The notes under the pieces: generated by a model
Told to the model about the DNA's origin: nothing
What the model saw: only the letters and a program-made list of their open reading frames with translations
Database searches by the model: none
DNA from: Neodothiora populina
Taxonomy: Eukaryota
DNA length: 64,000 bases
Direction: 5' to 3'
Assembly (NCBI RefSeq): GCF_041146345.1
Contig: NW_027191414.1
Coordinates: 682,001-746,000, forward strand
Made by a program: the position numbers and the translations under genes
Shown: one piece after another, positions 13,898 through 27,200 of the stretch
Layout of the letters: each line of letters opens with the position of its first letter
How positions within the stretch are numbered: position 1 is the stretch's first letter

Positions 13898-15691
13898 ATG
13901 GCTTCGCGCTTCATGAGAGGGCTTGGCCTTGGAGACAAGAAGGCCGGTCCTGGGCCGATAAATGAGCCCCCCTCGGGTGAGTAGCTACACATCATGTTCC
14001 TGTATTGCCTGCCAATACTGACCATTCCCCAAGATGGTGAGAAGTATCACGAGGAAGACGCAAGCCGGTCTTCAACTTCGGCTACCAAAACCAATTGTGA
14101 GATAGTGGATTGGGATGGGCCTGATGATCCCGAGAACCCATTCAACTGGTCTCGCAAGTACAAGTGGCTACTCACCATCACAACCTGCTTTATATCTATC
14201 CTGACCGGTCTACCTGCTGGAGCATACGGCGCGGCGAATGATCAGATGTCAGAAAGATTCAACGTCAGCAACGATGGCTTCCCATACCTGGCGTTCGCAA
14301 CAGCTTCTTGGAATGTCGGTGCAGCCGTTTTCCCCCTGCTCTTCGTCCCTCTCACAGAAAACACCGGCAGAATGCCTGGCTATTTTGTGTCTTATGTCCT
14401 CTTCATCATCTTCCTATTTCCGTCAGCTTTTGGTAAAAACTTCGCCACGTACGTCGTTACTCGATTCATAGGAGGTGGAGCTTCCTCTGTCAGTATCAAC
14501 ATTGTCGGTGGAACCATCACGGATATATGGAAAGGACCAAATGAACGGAGCTTGCCCATGTCAATCTTTGGCATGACGTCCGTCGTTGGTATCGCCCTCG
14601 GACCCTTCATTGGAGGCGCGATACAGCGAAATCTGAATTGGCGCTGGATCTACTACATCCAGATCATATTCGATGCCGGCTGCCTGCCATTCTTCTATCT
14701 TATTCTTAAGGAGACTCGTGGCGATATTGTGCTTGCCAGAAGAGCAAAGAACCTCCGCAAACAGGGTCGCAACGCCTATGCGAAGTCAGAGCTTCAATCA
14801 GAGAGCGTACTCAACATGCTAAAGATATCCTTCAAGCGACCAACAATGATGTTGGTTACTGAGTTCGTGGTGATCTCATTCACAATTTGGGTATTTAGCG
14901 ATATACAGCGACATTGACGGACATATCACTAACATCTGCGATAGGTATCATTTGCCTGGGGCATCCTGTTCCTTTTCCAGTCTAGTATCACGCAGGTAAG
15001 CATAGGTGTATGAAATGTACAATGCAGCCTTGGCCGCTGACGTCTCGATGCATAGACTTTCCAGGCCAACTACGGCTTCTCCGTATTCCAGACCAGTATG
15101 ATACAGCTCGCAATCTCTGCGGGTGCCGTTATTGCTACTGTCCTCAACCCCATTCAAGACAAGCTATATTTGAAGTCAGCCAGCCGCAACAAGGAGACAC
15201 CAGGGAAACCGATCCCCGAAGCCCGACTATACTTTGCCGTCCCTGGAAGTCTGCTTTTCGCTTCTGGAATGTTCATATATGGATGGACAAGCTATCCTTT
15301 CATCCCATGGATCGCTCCGACCATCGGTATCGCCGTCGTCGGCGTTGGCATCTACTCGATCTACCTTGCAGTCGTCAACTACCTCGCAGATGCATACGAA
15401 AAGTACGCTGCTTCCGCGCTCTCCGCGGCGTCACTCGGCAGGAATATATTCGGCGCCTTCCTGCCCTTGGCTTCACCAGCCTTATACAGGAACGTCGGAT
15501 TCCAGTGGGCTAGCTCTTTGATTGGCTTCATTGGGTTTGCACTGAGCGCAGTACCCGTTGTGCTGCTCATATACGGACGTCAACTCCGAGCTCGGTCACC
15601 GTTCATGAGCGAGTCTACTTATGACGAGGGCGAAGCAGAAGATAGACAGAACGTTCGGGCCAGCGTCCGCGGAGATGACAGCACAGTATGA
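13898..15691 (+). CDS. MFS transporter, DHA1 (12-TM drug:H+ antiporter-like) family
   Basis: VDWDGPDDPENPFNWS, GIALGPFIGG, WRWIYYIQ, PEARL and YLADAYEKYAASA motifs. Three introns. Confidence 0.9.
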
Positions 15692-17962
15692 TCAAGACAG
15701 TGCTACGATGAGTTGTTTTCGCGCCTGTGCATTTTCATATAGGAAGCGTTCTTCGATGTGTGGGCAGTCATAATGATTATCTCATCTCTAGTACTAGACA
15801 CGAATAAATGTATTGCTTATCTATCACTTCAGGTAGCACAAAATGTTTCTAATATTTCCCGGTAGACGTCGTCGGCTGACTCATGAGCGAAATCGTTACA
15901 CCTCTGTCTCCCCACATGGAGTTTTAGATCAGTGCTACAATAATCACATTGAGCATGCGAACGAGGAATCAAGATCGGGCCTCATGTACAGCAAATCGTA
16001 AGATACATACGGACGAGCTTCTCAATTTATTGCTCGAAGAGGAGAAAACAACAGTATGATACATATCTCATGGCCAACCAAAAACGAGTCTAGTCTGTAC
16101 AGTCGACACCGTACTGCATCGACAGCGCTGGAGATCTAACCTCAAGAGGCTAGCCCACTTGTCTTAACCCACTCGCAGGTCTTAGAAAATCAAATACAGA
16201 ATTGATTGCCTTGATAGAGAGCTTGAACGACTCCTCGTCGCGATAATAACAAATACTTATAGCGACCCAACAGATCATTCATTCAGTTGGTGCTTGAATA
16301 GACATCACATACGGCGATCAGGTTTTACATTTTTCGGAGCTACTGGGCTACGACTACAATGGAATATTCGTCCTCTACCGTTTGGTTCTGTGGATATATA
16401 CCATGAGCGACAGATCGATCGCATTCAGGACCATGTTAAGGCCATCTGCGGACAATGAGGCGCATAGGAAGGACTGGAAGCGGAAAAGGCTCGCTCAGCC
16501 AGATATGTAGCTTTCCAGTCCGGGATTAATTCTCACGGTAAGACTGTATACAGATATACTTCACCTGTGATTAGTATGACTGCGAGCTAAAAGTGTTATT
16601 TGGTCGATCGCTCCAATCTAAATGTATCTTGAACTGGAGAGTACGTGAATGATATGACGAGCAGGCATGCGTATCATGGAAGCAGATCCTGAGCAACAGC
16701 CAGCGTGCTTATTCCAACGGGAACAGTACTGGATGACTACCTGGCTGTTGGTGGTCCGCTTTTGTGCCAGAATTTATGTCCGAAACTTTGCAGGGCCGGG
16801 CAGGCCCCTGAGGGGGTATGCGAGCAAGATAATGCAAGTTACCGCCGGAAATACTTACTCTATTGAGGGTCATAACCACCACACTAGAGATGCACAAGGA
16901 TAGTGCTTTGCTTCTCAGAAAATCATGACTCTATCAAGACCTACTAAGTTTTCAGACGATTAGATTATATCACATATGTGGTGGCAACATACAGGCTTAC
17001 GCGGAGCTGCGTACCAAGAATCCTTTCCCGCCTACACAACGCAGTCCTGCACCAAGCCACGGGACTTGCCGACTAAACTTTTCGTTAAACATTCAACGAA
17101 TCCATGCTTGAAAGCCCTCCCTGTTTGACCTTACGATAGTCCACCATATGACAAACCAGTTGGAGTAGCTAGACCGACTATATGTGGGTTATCTACAAGT
17201 TGTCTTAGCCAACAGATTGAATGGCCAAGGCATACTGTTGCACATCCCCATACGGTTTTGTGTATGCATACTGGTGGAACCCCATGTCGTCAGTCCACAT
17301 CGGCGCCTGGTTCATCAGGGGATGAGGTGTTTGGTCGTGTACCACAATGCCTTTATATCGCCGCCGAAGGTGTCTCGATGTCTCTTAACACACGGGCAAC
17401 ATCCCCAGTAAACAAGTGATGGCTAAAATTGTGGTCCAGTTAATTTTGTACGAGTGTAGCCCAGACACCTTCATGTCGACCTCCGACACCACAAGGACCT
17501 CCACCAAGCCCGGGTGTGGAAGGCAAACAGCGAAGGAATGCAAGGGTCTAACTCCTTTTGGCTAGCTCAAAGCCTTCTGTAGCGATGCTTCAATCGCTTT
17601 TTGCCGTAGATGTGCACAAATCGTTGGATGTATTAGATTATTGTGGGCGCAAATGGCCGCCAGAGTAGTCTAAAGATGAATTTTATTCGAAATCAGTAGT
17701 TTCGTGAATGGATTGGTACTGTTAAGCGCTCGTCGACACGTTGCTTAGGGTTGAATGGCCAGCTCTGAATTAGATATGTTCTCGAAGTAATATGTTCTTA
17801 GTTATCGGGCAGCAGTCAATGTAGTTTGCTTGGTGGAGCAGTCACGACAGAGAGAGTGGACTAGTATCAAGGAAACGTGAAAATAGATCGTCAAAAAGTC
17901 ATGTACATTCGTCAAGTCATCACATACTTTATAATGATCCATATCCCGATACCAAACCTCCT

Positions 17963-19417
17963 TTAAGTTGAAACTACTGGTATAGGATCTCCTAATGCGA
18001 CCGATGTGCCATTGAACTGTAGCCGAGTGGTATACATTGCTCGAACACGACCAAAGTGTGTTGTGATACGAGCATGAAACGCCATTTGCACCTGCCCACT
18101 GCTACTTCTCCTCATGCCGATCGAGCCCGGCGACGATAAGCCAAAGTCTCCGGACTTGAGGAGAGGATAATTTCCTCGGGTATATGGACCTGTAACGTTC
18201 TTGGCCCAGGCGTACTTAACGTCGTATGAGGGAGCTCGCGTGCACCCAGACGAGAAAAAAAGAAAGTAGAAGCCGTCGTCAGTGCGGATGAGCGATGGTG
18301 CTTCGACCAGAGGACCATCACCCTTCTCACGGTCCATGATGGAGATAGGCTCTCCATCAAGTGTGACTCCATCAGCTTTCAGTCTACTGATCCTTATCGG
18401 CGTGTCGACTAATGGTGGTACTGTGTTACCACATATTCCACCATGTCCAGCGTTGTTGCCATCGATCTTCCAAGCGATGTACATAGTACCGTCAACATCG
18501 ACAAAAGAAACTGGGTCGATCGCACCGCCTACGTGTACAGGGCAGACGATAGGCCCGTCCAGTGCGGTGTAAGGGCCAGCCGGACCCGAATCTGATATGG
18601 CAGCGCCGATGCAATGAGATCCCGTTGCATTCTTAGCTGCTGCAGAGTAGTACATGATGAACTTGCCATCGTCGGGACGTTGCAAGATTTCGGGAGCCCA
18701 CACGTTAGCCTTGGGCACCGGGGGATGAGTATCGGACATCTGATTGGTGACCCATGCTCCTAATGTTGGTAGTGGGTCATGTAAAGAATCCATCAGCGTC
18801 CAATTGGCGTAGTCCTTGCTGGTAGCAATTTGTACATTGCTTGAACCAAACTCATATGAGGATTGATTGGTAGGCATTTTCAAGATACCGGCAGCATTGT
18901 TGGTCGCGAAGGCATACCACATGCCTTCGTGTTCGATAATGGCAGGGTCTGGAAAATTTGCGTATATCGCTTGTCGAATGGGCGAAAGATGTGGATGCGG
19001 AAAACGGTGTCGTCCGCGACCGCATTGGTAGATTGTCGCAAACACAGCACATAACACGATTGCCACAATCATGAGAAATAATAGTCCGAAGCAGGTCAGA
19101 GACCCTCGAGACAACAGAGAAAAGCGGCCTGGTTGAGGTGCTTGCCCATCGTCTTCGGTCCCCAATCTAGGGATCCGGTAGAAGTGTCTCTTGAAGAATG
19201 AAGGTTTCGTGGTCACGGAATGGCCATACTGTGATGTAGTGACCGCATTCTTTTCACCAACCATTACGGCAGCGTCTTTTTCTTGTGGCTCGAGTGTATG
19301 AGCTGGGAAGGAGCGTCTCCGTAGCCCTGGGCTGAAAGGAGTGGTTGGCAGGGAAGGTGCTTTTGGGTCAACGCCAGAAGGCTGCCACAAGTCGCCAGCG
19401 ACTGTACCACTCTGCAT
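17963..19417 (-). CDS. Glycoside hydrolase family 43 (arabinanase/xylosidase-like) with an internal N-terminal TM anchor
   Basis: FPDPAII, VWAPE, GAIDP and LVEAP beta-propeller motifs. Hydrophobic segment around aa 107-130. Confidence 0.88.
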   Translation of the reverse strand: MQSGTVAGDLWQPSGVDPKAPSLPTTPFSPGLRRRSFPAHTLEPQEKDAAVMVGEKNAVTTSQYGHSVTTKPSFFKRHFYRIPRLGTEDDGQAPQPGRFSLLSRGSLTCFGLLFLMIVAIVLCAVFATIYQCGRGRHRFPHPHLSPIRQAIYANFPDPAIIEHEGMWYAFATNNAAGILKMPTNQSSYEFGSSNVQIATSKDYANWTLMDSLHDPLPTLGAWVTNQMSDTHPPVPKANVWAPEILQRPDDGKFIMYYSAAAKNATGSHCIGAAISDSGPAGPYTALDGPIVCPVHVGGAIDPVSFVDVDGTMYIAWKIDGNNAGHGGICGNTVPPLVDTPIRISRLKADGVTLDGEPISIMDREKGDGPLVEAPSLIRTDDGFYFLFFSSGCTRAPSYDVKYAWAKNVTGPYTRGNYPLLKSGDFGLSSPGSIGMRRSSSGQVQMAFHARITTHFGRVRAMYTTRLQFNGTSVALGDPIPVVST

Positions 19418-21259
19418 GCTGGGTTGTCACCTAAAAATTTCTGTTGAAGGGTGTATGATGTCAATGATCGCAGGAATAGAATATTGGTGTAGTGCTACAG
19501 TGCATTGAACACAGATCGTCATGTCGAGACAGTAGTGCCCTGACCGGCCTGATCTAGAATCCTAGGACGTCGACCATGGAGCATTCAGGGGAGAGTAGGA
19601 AGATCAATTGGAAAAAGAATCACAAAGCACCAAGTATTGGCCGGGGGTGTCGCGAGGACTTGAGCGGTCGAGAACAACGCCATTGCACATGTTCATGACC
19701 GGCAGGGATAGGCGCCGAGGTGTTTATTTCCAAGTACCCAAACTCTCAAATATTGCTGTACTTCTCAGCAATGGCCAACTCACAAGAAGATCTGTGGAGG
19801 ATCCGTTTCAGAGTGGCCCGGGGTATCAAAGTTTTAATTTTATTTATAGCTTCACTTCAGGCGAAATGTTTTGCACCGTCCACACAGAACTTATGCACTG
19901 GCATCTTGTTCCTCCCACCCTCAGGGAAAACAATAACCAGATGTTCACTGCCAAATCCCATAATCGTGACAAAAGCCGAGGCGTGATTGGGCACTAGGTA
20001 ACACTGCTGAGTAGTACATCTACAAGCGCTGTCAGTGCTCCATAGATCCGGGCTGACCGGTCAGGCGTCACGACCGTTACCTTAAACCCCCCATATGTGG
20101 GTCTAGAACGTTATTATACGAAGACTCCGGCTGAGCTGACAGCGCGATTTTCGAAGACAAGCACGTGGGGCTATGGGACAATGCCAGGCACCTGTGCACT
20201 CGCATCTCGCATAAGGTACTTTTGATAAGAGAAGGCCCTTGGTCCGAGTACGGCTATAGTGGGTATTGCTCGTCATCATATTTGTTATAGCAAGTGTTCT
20301 TGTCATGGAGGATCAGTCAAGCTTCCCCAGCGCCGTTAGGATAAGGTACAGACTTCACAGTCAATAATGTCAAGATACGTTAGGCATACAATGTATCATT
20401 GTTATGCCGTCGCCGGTCAGCTGAAGCACGTTGCGATGTCTTTGATGAATTGATATGAGCCGCTTTGGCCTTGCCTCAATTAATCGAATCTAAGTCCAGA
20501 GCAGCCTAAGTAGATTTCACCGCGGTGCTTATGTGGCTTGCTACTTGCTCCGTATTCACGGATCCTTCTTCCGTTTATAGCAAACTAAATAACAAATACG
20601 ATATCGTTACATTATGCTTCAACCTGTTGTGCTTGTCGATCTTCCTGCCTTGTTTCCTGTTAAATGCATCGTCCCTCCGCTCTACGGTGTGCTCTGCAGC
20701 CTCACATTCACGAGCAAAACCAAAACACTCGATCTACCCTCGACAACATGCAGAACTTAGTCATTTACTCCATTTCGTTACTGTTCCTTCGCGGACTGCT
20801 CTCTGCTGAAGAGTACCGCCTCCCATACTACATTGGTCAATTCAAGAAATTGCGTCTCGACAAAGTCACTGTGCGGAACGGACAAATCACTATGGCTATA
20901 TGAGAACGATACCAGCCTACGAGTATAGAGAACTGCCCTGCCATGATTTCCTATGCCTTCCTACCTTTCGACTTTCCAGTATGCTGCATTGCTCAATTGC
21001 ACAAGACTACACACAATTTTCAAGGGACAAATCCTTGCCGTAGTCGCAGCGTGCAATACGGACTCTACGTTCATCATACGCTACGAGCACCGCGTGCCGA
21101 GACAAGCAAAAAGAAAAGATCTCAAGAACAGTCTGGCAAATCCGCCATGGTGGACTTTGATCAATGCACCAGTGGAGCACAATCCATCTCATGATTAAGC
21201 CGAATGCCCTTTCGCCTCAGTTCTGGACAATGCACGAACGAGTGCTTCTGATCAGTGCG

Positions 21260-21281
21260 CGCTGCTGCTGCTGCTGCTGCT
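21260..21281. repeat. (GCT)n microsatellite, about 7 units
   Basis: gctgctgctgctgctgctgctg seen directly. Confidence 0.8.
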
Positions 21282-22169
21282 GATCGAGCCCGACCCTCCA
21301 TTTTCTACATTGACACGGCATACCTCCTCGCGTTTCTGACATATGAAGGAATAAAATAACAGTGCGATGGCAGTCTCTCCCATTGCCAGAACGGGTGTCT
21401 TAATGCCGGCTTCCGCCAGAGCCGCAGCATATTGTCGCTTAAGGAATGTCTCAGGCGCGATATTCAAAGACTCATGACCGCCCGGCTAGAAATACCCGGG
21501 ACCGACGAACCGCCATACTCATCCAGCCCTCAAGTCCTTGCTGTGTGCGGGTCTGGCCTCGTATCTCGACTATGATATGTTGGAACTCCTCGACTCGCGT
21601 CATATGAGGCTCCAAACCACGAGGCGTGTCAAAAGATGTGCTCTGCTGTTATGGTCGCATGTCGTAAAGTGGACACAGTGAGCGCCGAATTCTGGGGCTG
21701 GCGAAACTACCCTATGTTGTTATGGACACAAATAACGACTTGAATGATGTTGCGACGATCTCAATCTTAGGAGGACTGGGAAGCAATGACGAAAATAACG
21801 ATTTGATACATGACAAAGTCGTGAATCTGCAAGATTGAATTATATATTATGGAATCATGTTATTGTCCCAAGACTACATGTTGTCGTCCATGTTATGATG
21901 TTTTCGCGGTATATCTGTTGACACGGCTCATCTCACTGTTCTGCATTCACCGTGGACCAATATTGACGGCGATGTGGTGAACATGGAAGTGACACGAAAG
22001 GCGAACGGCAACATAAATAATCACTGCACATGTGCGGAAGCAAGAATTATTGAACCATGTCTTCATTAAAAGGAAGTAAAACTAATCACGGGGTATCCTC
22101 ATGAAAAGAATCTATCGGACTCTTGTCTTGTCGTGCATGTCCGAGACATCAGGACGTCAACTCTTGAAT

Positions 22170-22474
22170 CTAGTTGGAAACCTCTGTGAGCTGTCGTTAG
22201 TGCATTGTGTGATGACAGCGTTTTATTTCTGAACCTACTGTCAGGGACGTTCTTGCCAGTGGCCTTTTCAAACAGACCGCGAGCCTTGTCGGTGATCTTC
22301 TCGTTGGTAGATCTCATGGCGGAGGGATCCTTGCCACCGTACTTCTGAAATCATTGTCAGACGACGATCATCGCGATCGTTTGGGCAAAAGCGTACCTTC
22401 TCGACGGCATCAAGACCCTTGTCGAGGTAGTCCTCCTGACCAGCGGAGTTTCCTTGACCTTGGGGAGCAGACAT
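22170..22474 (-). CDS. Small (65 aa) hydrophilic fungal protein of unknown function
   Basis: Exons 22474-22397, 22344-22239 and 22183-22170 with GT-AG introns and branch sites give MSAPQGQGNSAGQEDYLDKGLDAVEKKYGGKDPSAMRSTNEKITDKARGLFEKATGKNVPDKVSN. TATAAA at 22590-22585. Confidence 0.8.
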
Positions 22475-22568
22475 GTTGATTTTGTATGTGGTTTGACTGA
22501 TTTGATTTGGTAAAAAGTGAAGTGGTTGTAGTATGTAGTTGAAGCAAGTTAAGGTACGTCCAAAGTGT

Positions 22569-22826
22569 AGGGGAGCTTGAGCTGTTTATAACCACCAAAG
22601 AGGACCCTTACCTAACGTGCCTGCCTGCCTGCCCGCCCTGCCTCTGACCTACCTCATTTCACTCTCACAAACCTGCTTCTAGCCTCTTACATCGAAGCTT
22701 TGGAGTGTCATGGCGATCGTACGTAGAGCAGGGTAAAGGTACCTTGCGCCATTACCTTATCAGGGACCTTTGACCTGCCCCTCCAATGACGTAGGTGTTT
22801 TAGGCTTGCGAATCCCCCTCTCCCCT
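22569..22826 (-). promoter_or_regulatory. Putative promoter of the small protein: TATA box plus STRE-like (CCCCT/AGGGG) cluster
   Basis: TATAAA (minus strand) at 22585-22590. AGGGG at 22569-22573; CCCCT at 22778-22782, 22815-22819 and 22822-22826. Confidence 0.4.
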
Positions 22827-24263
22827 CCTTCGGCCAGACCAGACCAGGCCATTCCCCAATCTTGGTTTGCGGTGGATCAACATACTATGGATCATCACAT
22901 GCGGTCCGCCCCACTTGCTTGTATTACGTGCTTGTCTGTCGTCGCCATCATGTTGTGTCACTTGTCCAGCAACGTCGTCCTCTAGGCAGGAAAGCTTGAG
23001 CACGTCTAGGTAGGTATGCATCAGGACTGTGGTGGCGTGATTGAGAAAGGTACGAAAGTATGCGAAAGCAAGACTAAGGTACTCCGGGTGTTTGAAGTCT
23101 CGCTCAAGTCGAGTATGGTATCTCACAGCAGCATATGTGAATCGTCGTGAGCATGGTCCTAGTAAAGCGCAGTAGGCGTCTTAAGCAAGGTACAGTGTGA
23201 GGACCATAAGGCACAAGCCCCGGACCGTATACCTCCACTCTTTCCCAGGTGAGGTCATGCTCTCGGGTCTCGCGGTGCAGGTCCCAATGTTGGCAGAATG
23301 GTTTTGATTATTATGGGGAGGTGAACTCCCTTTTCTCCATTGTAAAGAGATCCGATCTGAGATCATTCTTCCCAGCTATTTCTGGATCTCTCTGGGACTG
23401 GAGAAGAGGTATGACGTAGATTGTGCAGTTTCTCGATAGGCGCTTCACGGACCGAGAGTGAACTAATTACTGTGATGTGTCGTGCGGCAGATCTGTGTAG
23501 ATGGTGAGGTATAGTTCTACCATGTATAAGGTTTCATAGTAAGCTGACCCCTCTGGAGAACTGATCTGGAAGTGAAAGGTACCTTAGATTTCTAGCGAAG
23601 AGTTGACAGTAAGGTAGTTTTGCGGGCAAACAAGGCGATCGATTTTTTCCGTTATTGTTATATACAGCCTTGACCAATGTAGTCGGCTTGTATTTTTAGG
23701 TCTCTATCTTTAATATTACACGCGAAGTAGTCTTCCATTTTTTTCAATTTGATCAACCATGGCCATTGTCCACATCTGTTGTGGATGCCCGGTTGTTGTT
23801 GCCGACCAAGCAAAGTGTGCACTCGTCGTCTGTTATCCATGAGCCCGGGTCCTCACTCACAGCTATATTTGTATACCTTATTCATCCAAGCCTCTCCTTC
23901 GATCTTCGTGGAGGCACCCGAAAGAAAGTTTAAGCCTGGGTATTAAAAGGGAATCCAACCAATTGTCCACCAGTCCACCCACCGCCCATCAGTTCATGCA
24001 GCCAATGGTAAACGAAAATGCAATAGAAACGTCAGAAAATGCACAGTGGAACGCCCTGTAATGTCCCATGTGCCAGTGTAGGGTCATGCCTACACGCGTG
24101 CATCGTACGTCTCCCCAGATCAATATACCAAATTTGAAACCCCCGCCCCATCCCAAACTATGTGCACTTTCAAGACAAAAAGATTCATGTGGTTGAATAT
24201 ATTGTTTTTCTGTTGTCTGGCTCGTCAAAACTCTCGTCATTTTATTCGTCATGCCTTTCCAAC

Positions 24264-27200
24264 CTAGCTCGCAGTTATGCTCTCAGGTGGACTCATCATA
24301 GCTCCTGTCTCTTTCTCGGGCTCGTTCGTCGCCTCTTTCTTCTCCGGTAAAGGCAGCTTGAGCGGGGCGATCGGCCTAACGGACCCTTTATTGTTGTCGT
24401 CTTTACTCTCTTCAAGCTTACGCTTCTTTTTGGCTGCCTGTTGCTGTTCTCTGATGGGTCGCTTTCGCGGCGATGAAATACGACCATTAGGTGGCAGTCT
24501 TGGGCGGGGGAACCTTTGTTTCTGTGGTAGATCTTCGTCTTCGATGAGGGGCCTGCCTTGATTGGCTGCAAGCTTCGTCGCAAAGAAGTCGCGTACGAGT
24601 CCGATCTGGGACGGAAGATTATCGGTGGTGATCGGCTCGTACGGTTGCGGAAGAGGGAAGACAACACCGGAAGAGACGACCGAGTGTGTATTGTGCGCCT
24701 GGTATGCACTGTGCATTCTATTTTGGAGTAAGTGCAGCGGCACGCTGAGGCTCTCCAAGCCAAACTCGTCGGCCAAACCGAGTTCTTTGAAGCCGAAGAA
24801 GTCCTCGTCAATGTCTTCAGCGAAATCTCCACCAACGAACTGGTCGCTACCGTCTTGAAAGGCACCGGCTCCGTCGGCACCGACATTTTCTCCCAGAGCA
24901 GGACGCTGCGAGCTGTTAGCAAATCCAAATGTTGTAAAGAATTAAGCTGTGGACCTACAAGGAGGTCTGCCAGATGCGCCTTCATGCGCTCGTGCACAAT
25001 CAAAAGTTTCGAATTGAGCCTCTCGACATCGTCTTTCACATAAGTTTCGAGAGAATCCAGGTCCAGCCCGTTTCTATGTAAGGTGTGCAACACTTGCTCC
25101 TCAGCAGTGTAATGCGGTGAATATTCCTCATCCTTTGGCAGTTCGCGATATGTTGTAAAGGTGCGAATAAGTTTGGAGAAGAAGTCTGCCGCGACATCGG
25201 TCGCAGCTTCCAATGCAGATGGCTGGAAATCTTCGAAACCTGCGTGGTAGAAGATCTTTCCCACGGCCCGCTGGAACGCCGCACGATTGACCCAAGGAGA
25301 CATTAGAGGACCATCTTCAGACACAGCAAGAGGCCCAACGTCTTGCTCAACAAATGGCTCCGGATCGTATTTTTGGAATTGGTTCTGATAAGTCTGCATG
25401 TACTGTTAGTTGGGAATCTGCGATACAGATTGCCGATGAAAGCCTACCTGCGCTTGTATTTGCATCTGCTTCACGATGCCAATTTTTGCGCAAACCTTAC
25501 GGGTCTCTTGCATTTGTCGCATATTGGCCTCTACCCTTCTGTTCAGAGAGCCTTCTATAGGCTTGAAACTTTTACTTAGGAAGAGGCGCAGGTATTCTTC
25601 TTTTTGTGGTACGACCTTTCCTTCGGAGTCTTCTGTCCACGTCAAGGCATCTCCCAAGGAGGGGATTGATGTCAAGGCATCGTAGTAGTCCGGAAGCGTC
25701 AGATCTTGATCCTTCTCAATGCCCTCAGCCAGACTTTGTCCTGTAGAAGTCGTCTCCGGCTCCGCGCCCTCAGCATCCGGCTTCTTATCAGGGTCGAATT
25801 GTTGCTGCTGCCTCAACCATCTCCTCATGCCAGCTTTGGACCGCAGCAGTGCGGGCTCGTCTACGTTAAGATGATCGCCGCGGAAAAGACGGTTTCGCTC
25901 TGCGGCGGCCATCGCACGGTCCTTCTTAGTGACTTGCTTCCATGTCTTGAACTCGGCATCGTCTTCATCCGCATCATCAGGCAGGCTGATCGACGTCACT
26001 GTACCATCGATGTCCATTGCATCGCTCTGACTCTGGCTCAGGCCGTTCGTGCCAAACGGGGTTGCTGTGCCTGCTAGGCCTGGAGGAGGTGGTGTGGAGA
26101 AACCATTCGAGCTCGCGTCCAAAGGCGCGTCGGACTCGGCACGTAGGAACTCGTTACGAAGGCTGTTTGTGGAGGCATGTAATGCTGGCTTAGACTCGAC
26201 GGCTGGAGTTGCTTCCAGATCCGTCTCTGGGCCCTTGCGATGGGTTGCGCTCTGACCCTTCTTGCCTTTACTTGGGGCCTTTCTACCACGAGAAGCCATG
26301 ATGGGCTGGTCATCGTCGCTGTCCTCGCCGCCGTCGAGATCAACATCCAGATTTTGTAGGCGCCTTTCCTCAGCTTCGACCTCGGCCCTGTCTCTGACGA
26401 CAATGTCAGGAATTAGAGGTACCAGCTTGTCCGTCTCTTTGCGCATATATAGCGCTTTCTTCCGTAGCGGGTGATTTGGGTCAGCATTGTAGGTCAGGCA
26501 ATTTGTCCATATGAGGGAGAGATCGCTGACGAACTCCTTCTTTGACTTGTATGCCAAGCTCTTAAGCTTTTTGATCATGCTGCCAATATCCATCGGGTGT
26601 TTGATTATATGGAAGTAGTCGGGAGCGTCGCGTTTGTTCACTCTCTGGAGGAAGGGCGTAGAGTACTCGGTCATTGCCTTCAGTTCCATGAGAACCTTCT
26701 CAGAGGCCTCGTAGAGCTCCTCTTGACCAATCTTGTCCTCACTGGCCCACTTGCTCCGTCCCTTGCGGACCTCGCTAATGAGTGTGCGTAGCTGGGTGTC
26801 GTTTGCATTGACAAGATTTCGCTTCGCGTCAATCCTAGCAATCAGATTCTTGAGAGTCAGGCTCGACGCGCCGAGGTCGGCATTGCTGAGGGAGCCCTGC
26901 GCTTGAGTATTTGTGGCGCCAGATGCAGACGTCGGGCCTTGGGCGTGGGACATTTCGTTCTCGACCTGTCTGTCCAATTCGTCCAGTTTTTGCTGTTCCA
27001 GCATGGCGTCGCGGTCGAACTCGAGAGTGTAGAATGTTGTATGGAAACTGCGCTTAGCAGCTTCTTCGGCGGCTCTCTTGTCTTCCTCGAGTTTCTTGCG
27101 CACATCTTCCGAGGACTTGAGTAGATCCGTAGAAGAGGTTGCGCTGGTCCTGGTGTCGATGGGTCTGAGAGCTAGCGAAGGAGATCCGTTGGACATCGGG

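Noticed and set aside
8759..19417. ERG1, MFS and GH43 (with the nearby AKR and velvet genes) as a secondary-metabolite cluster
   Set aside because: No backbone enzyme (PKS, NRPS or terpene cyclase), and the genes are interspersed with housekeeping genes.
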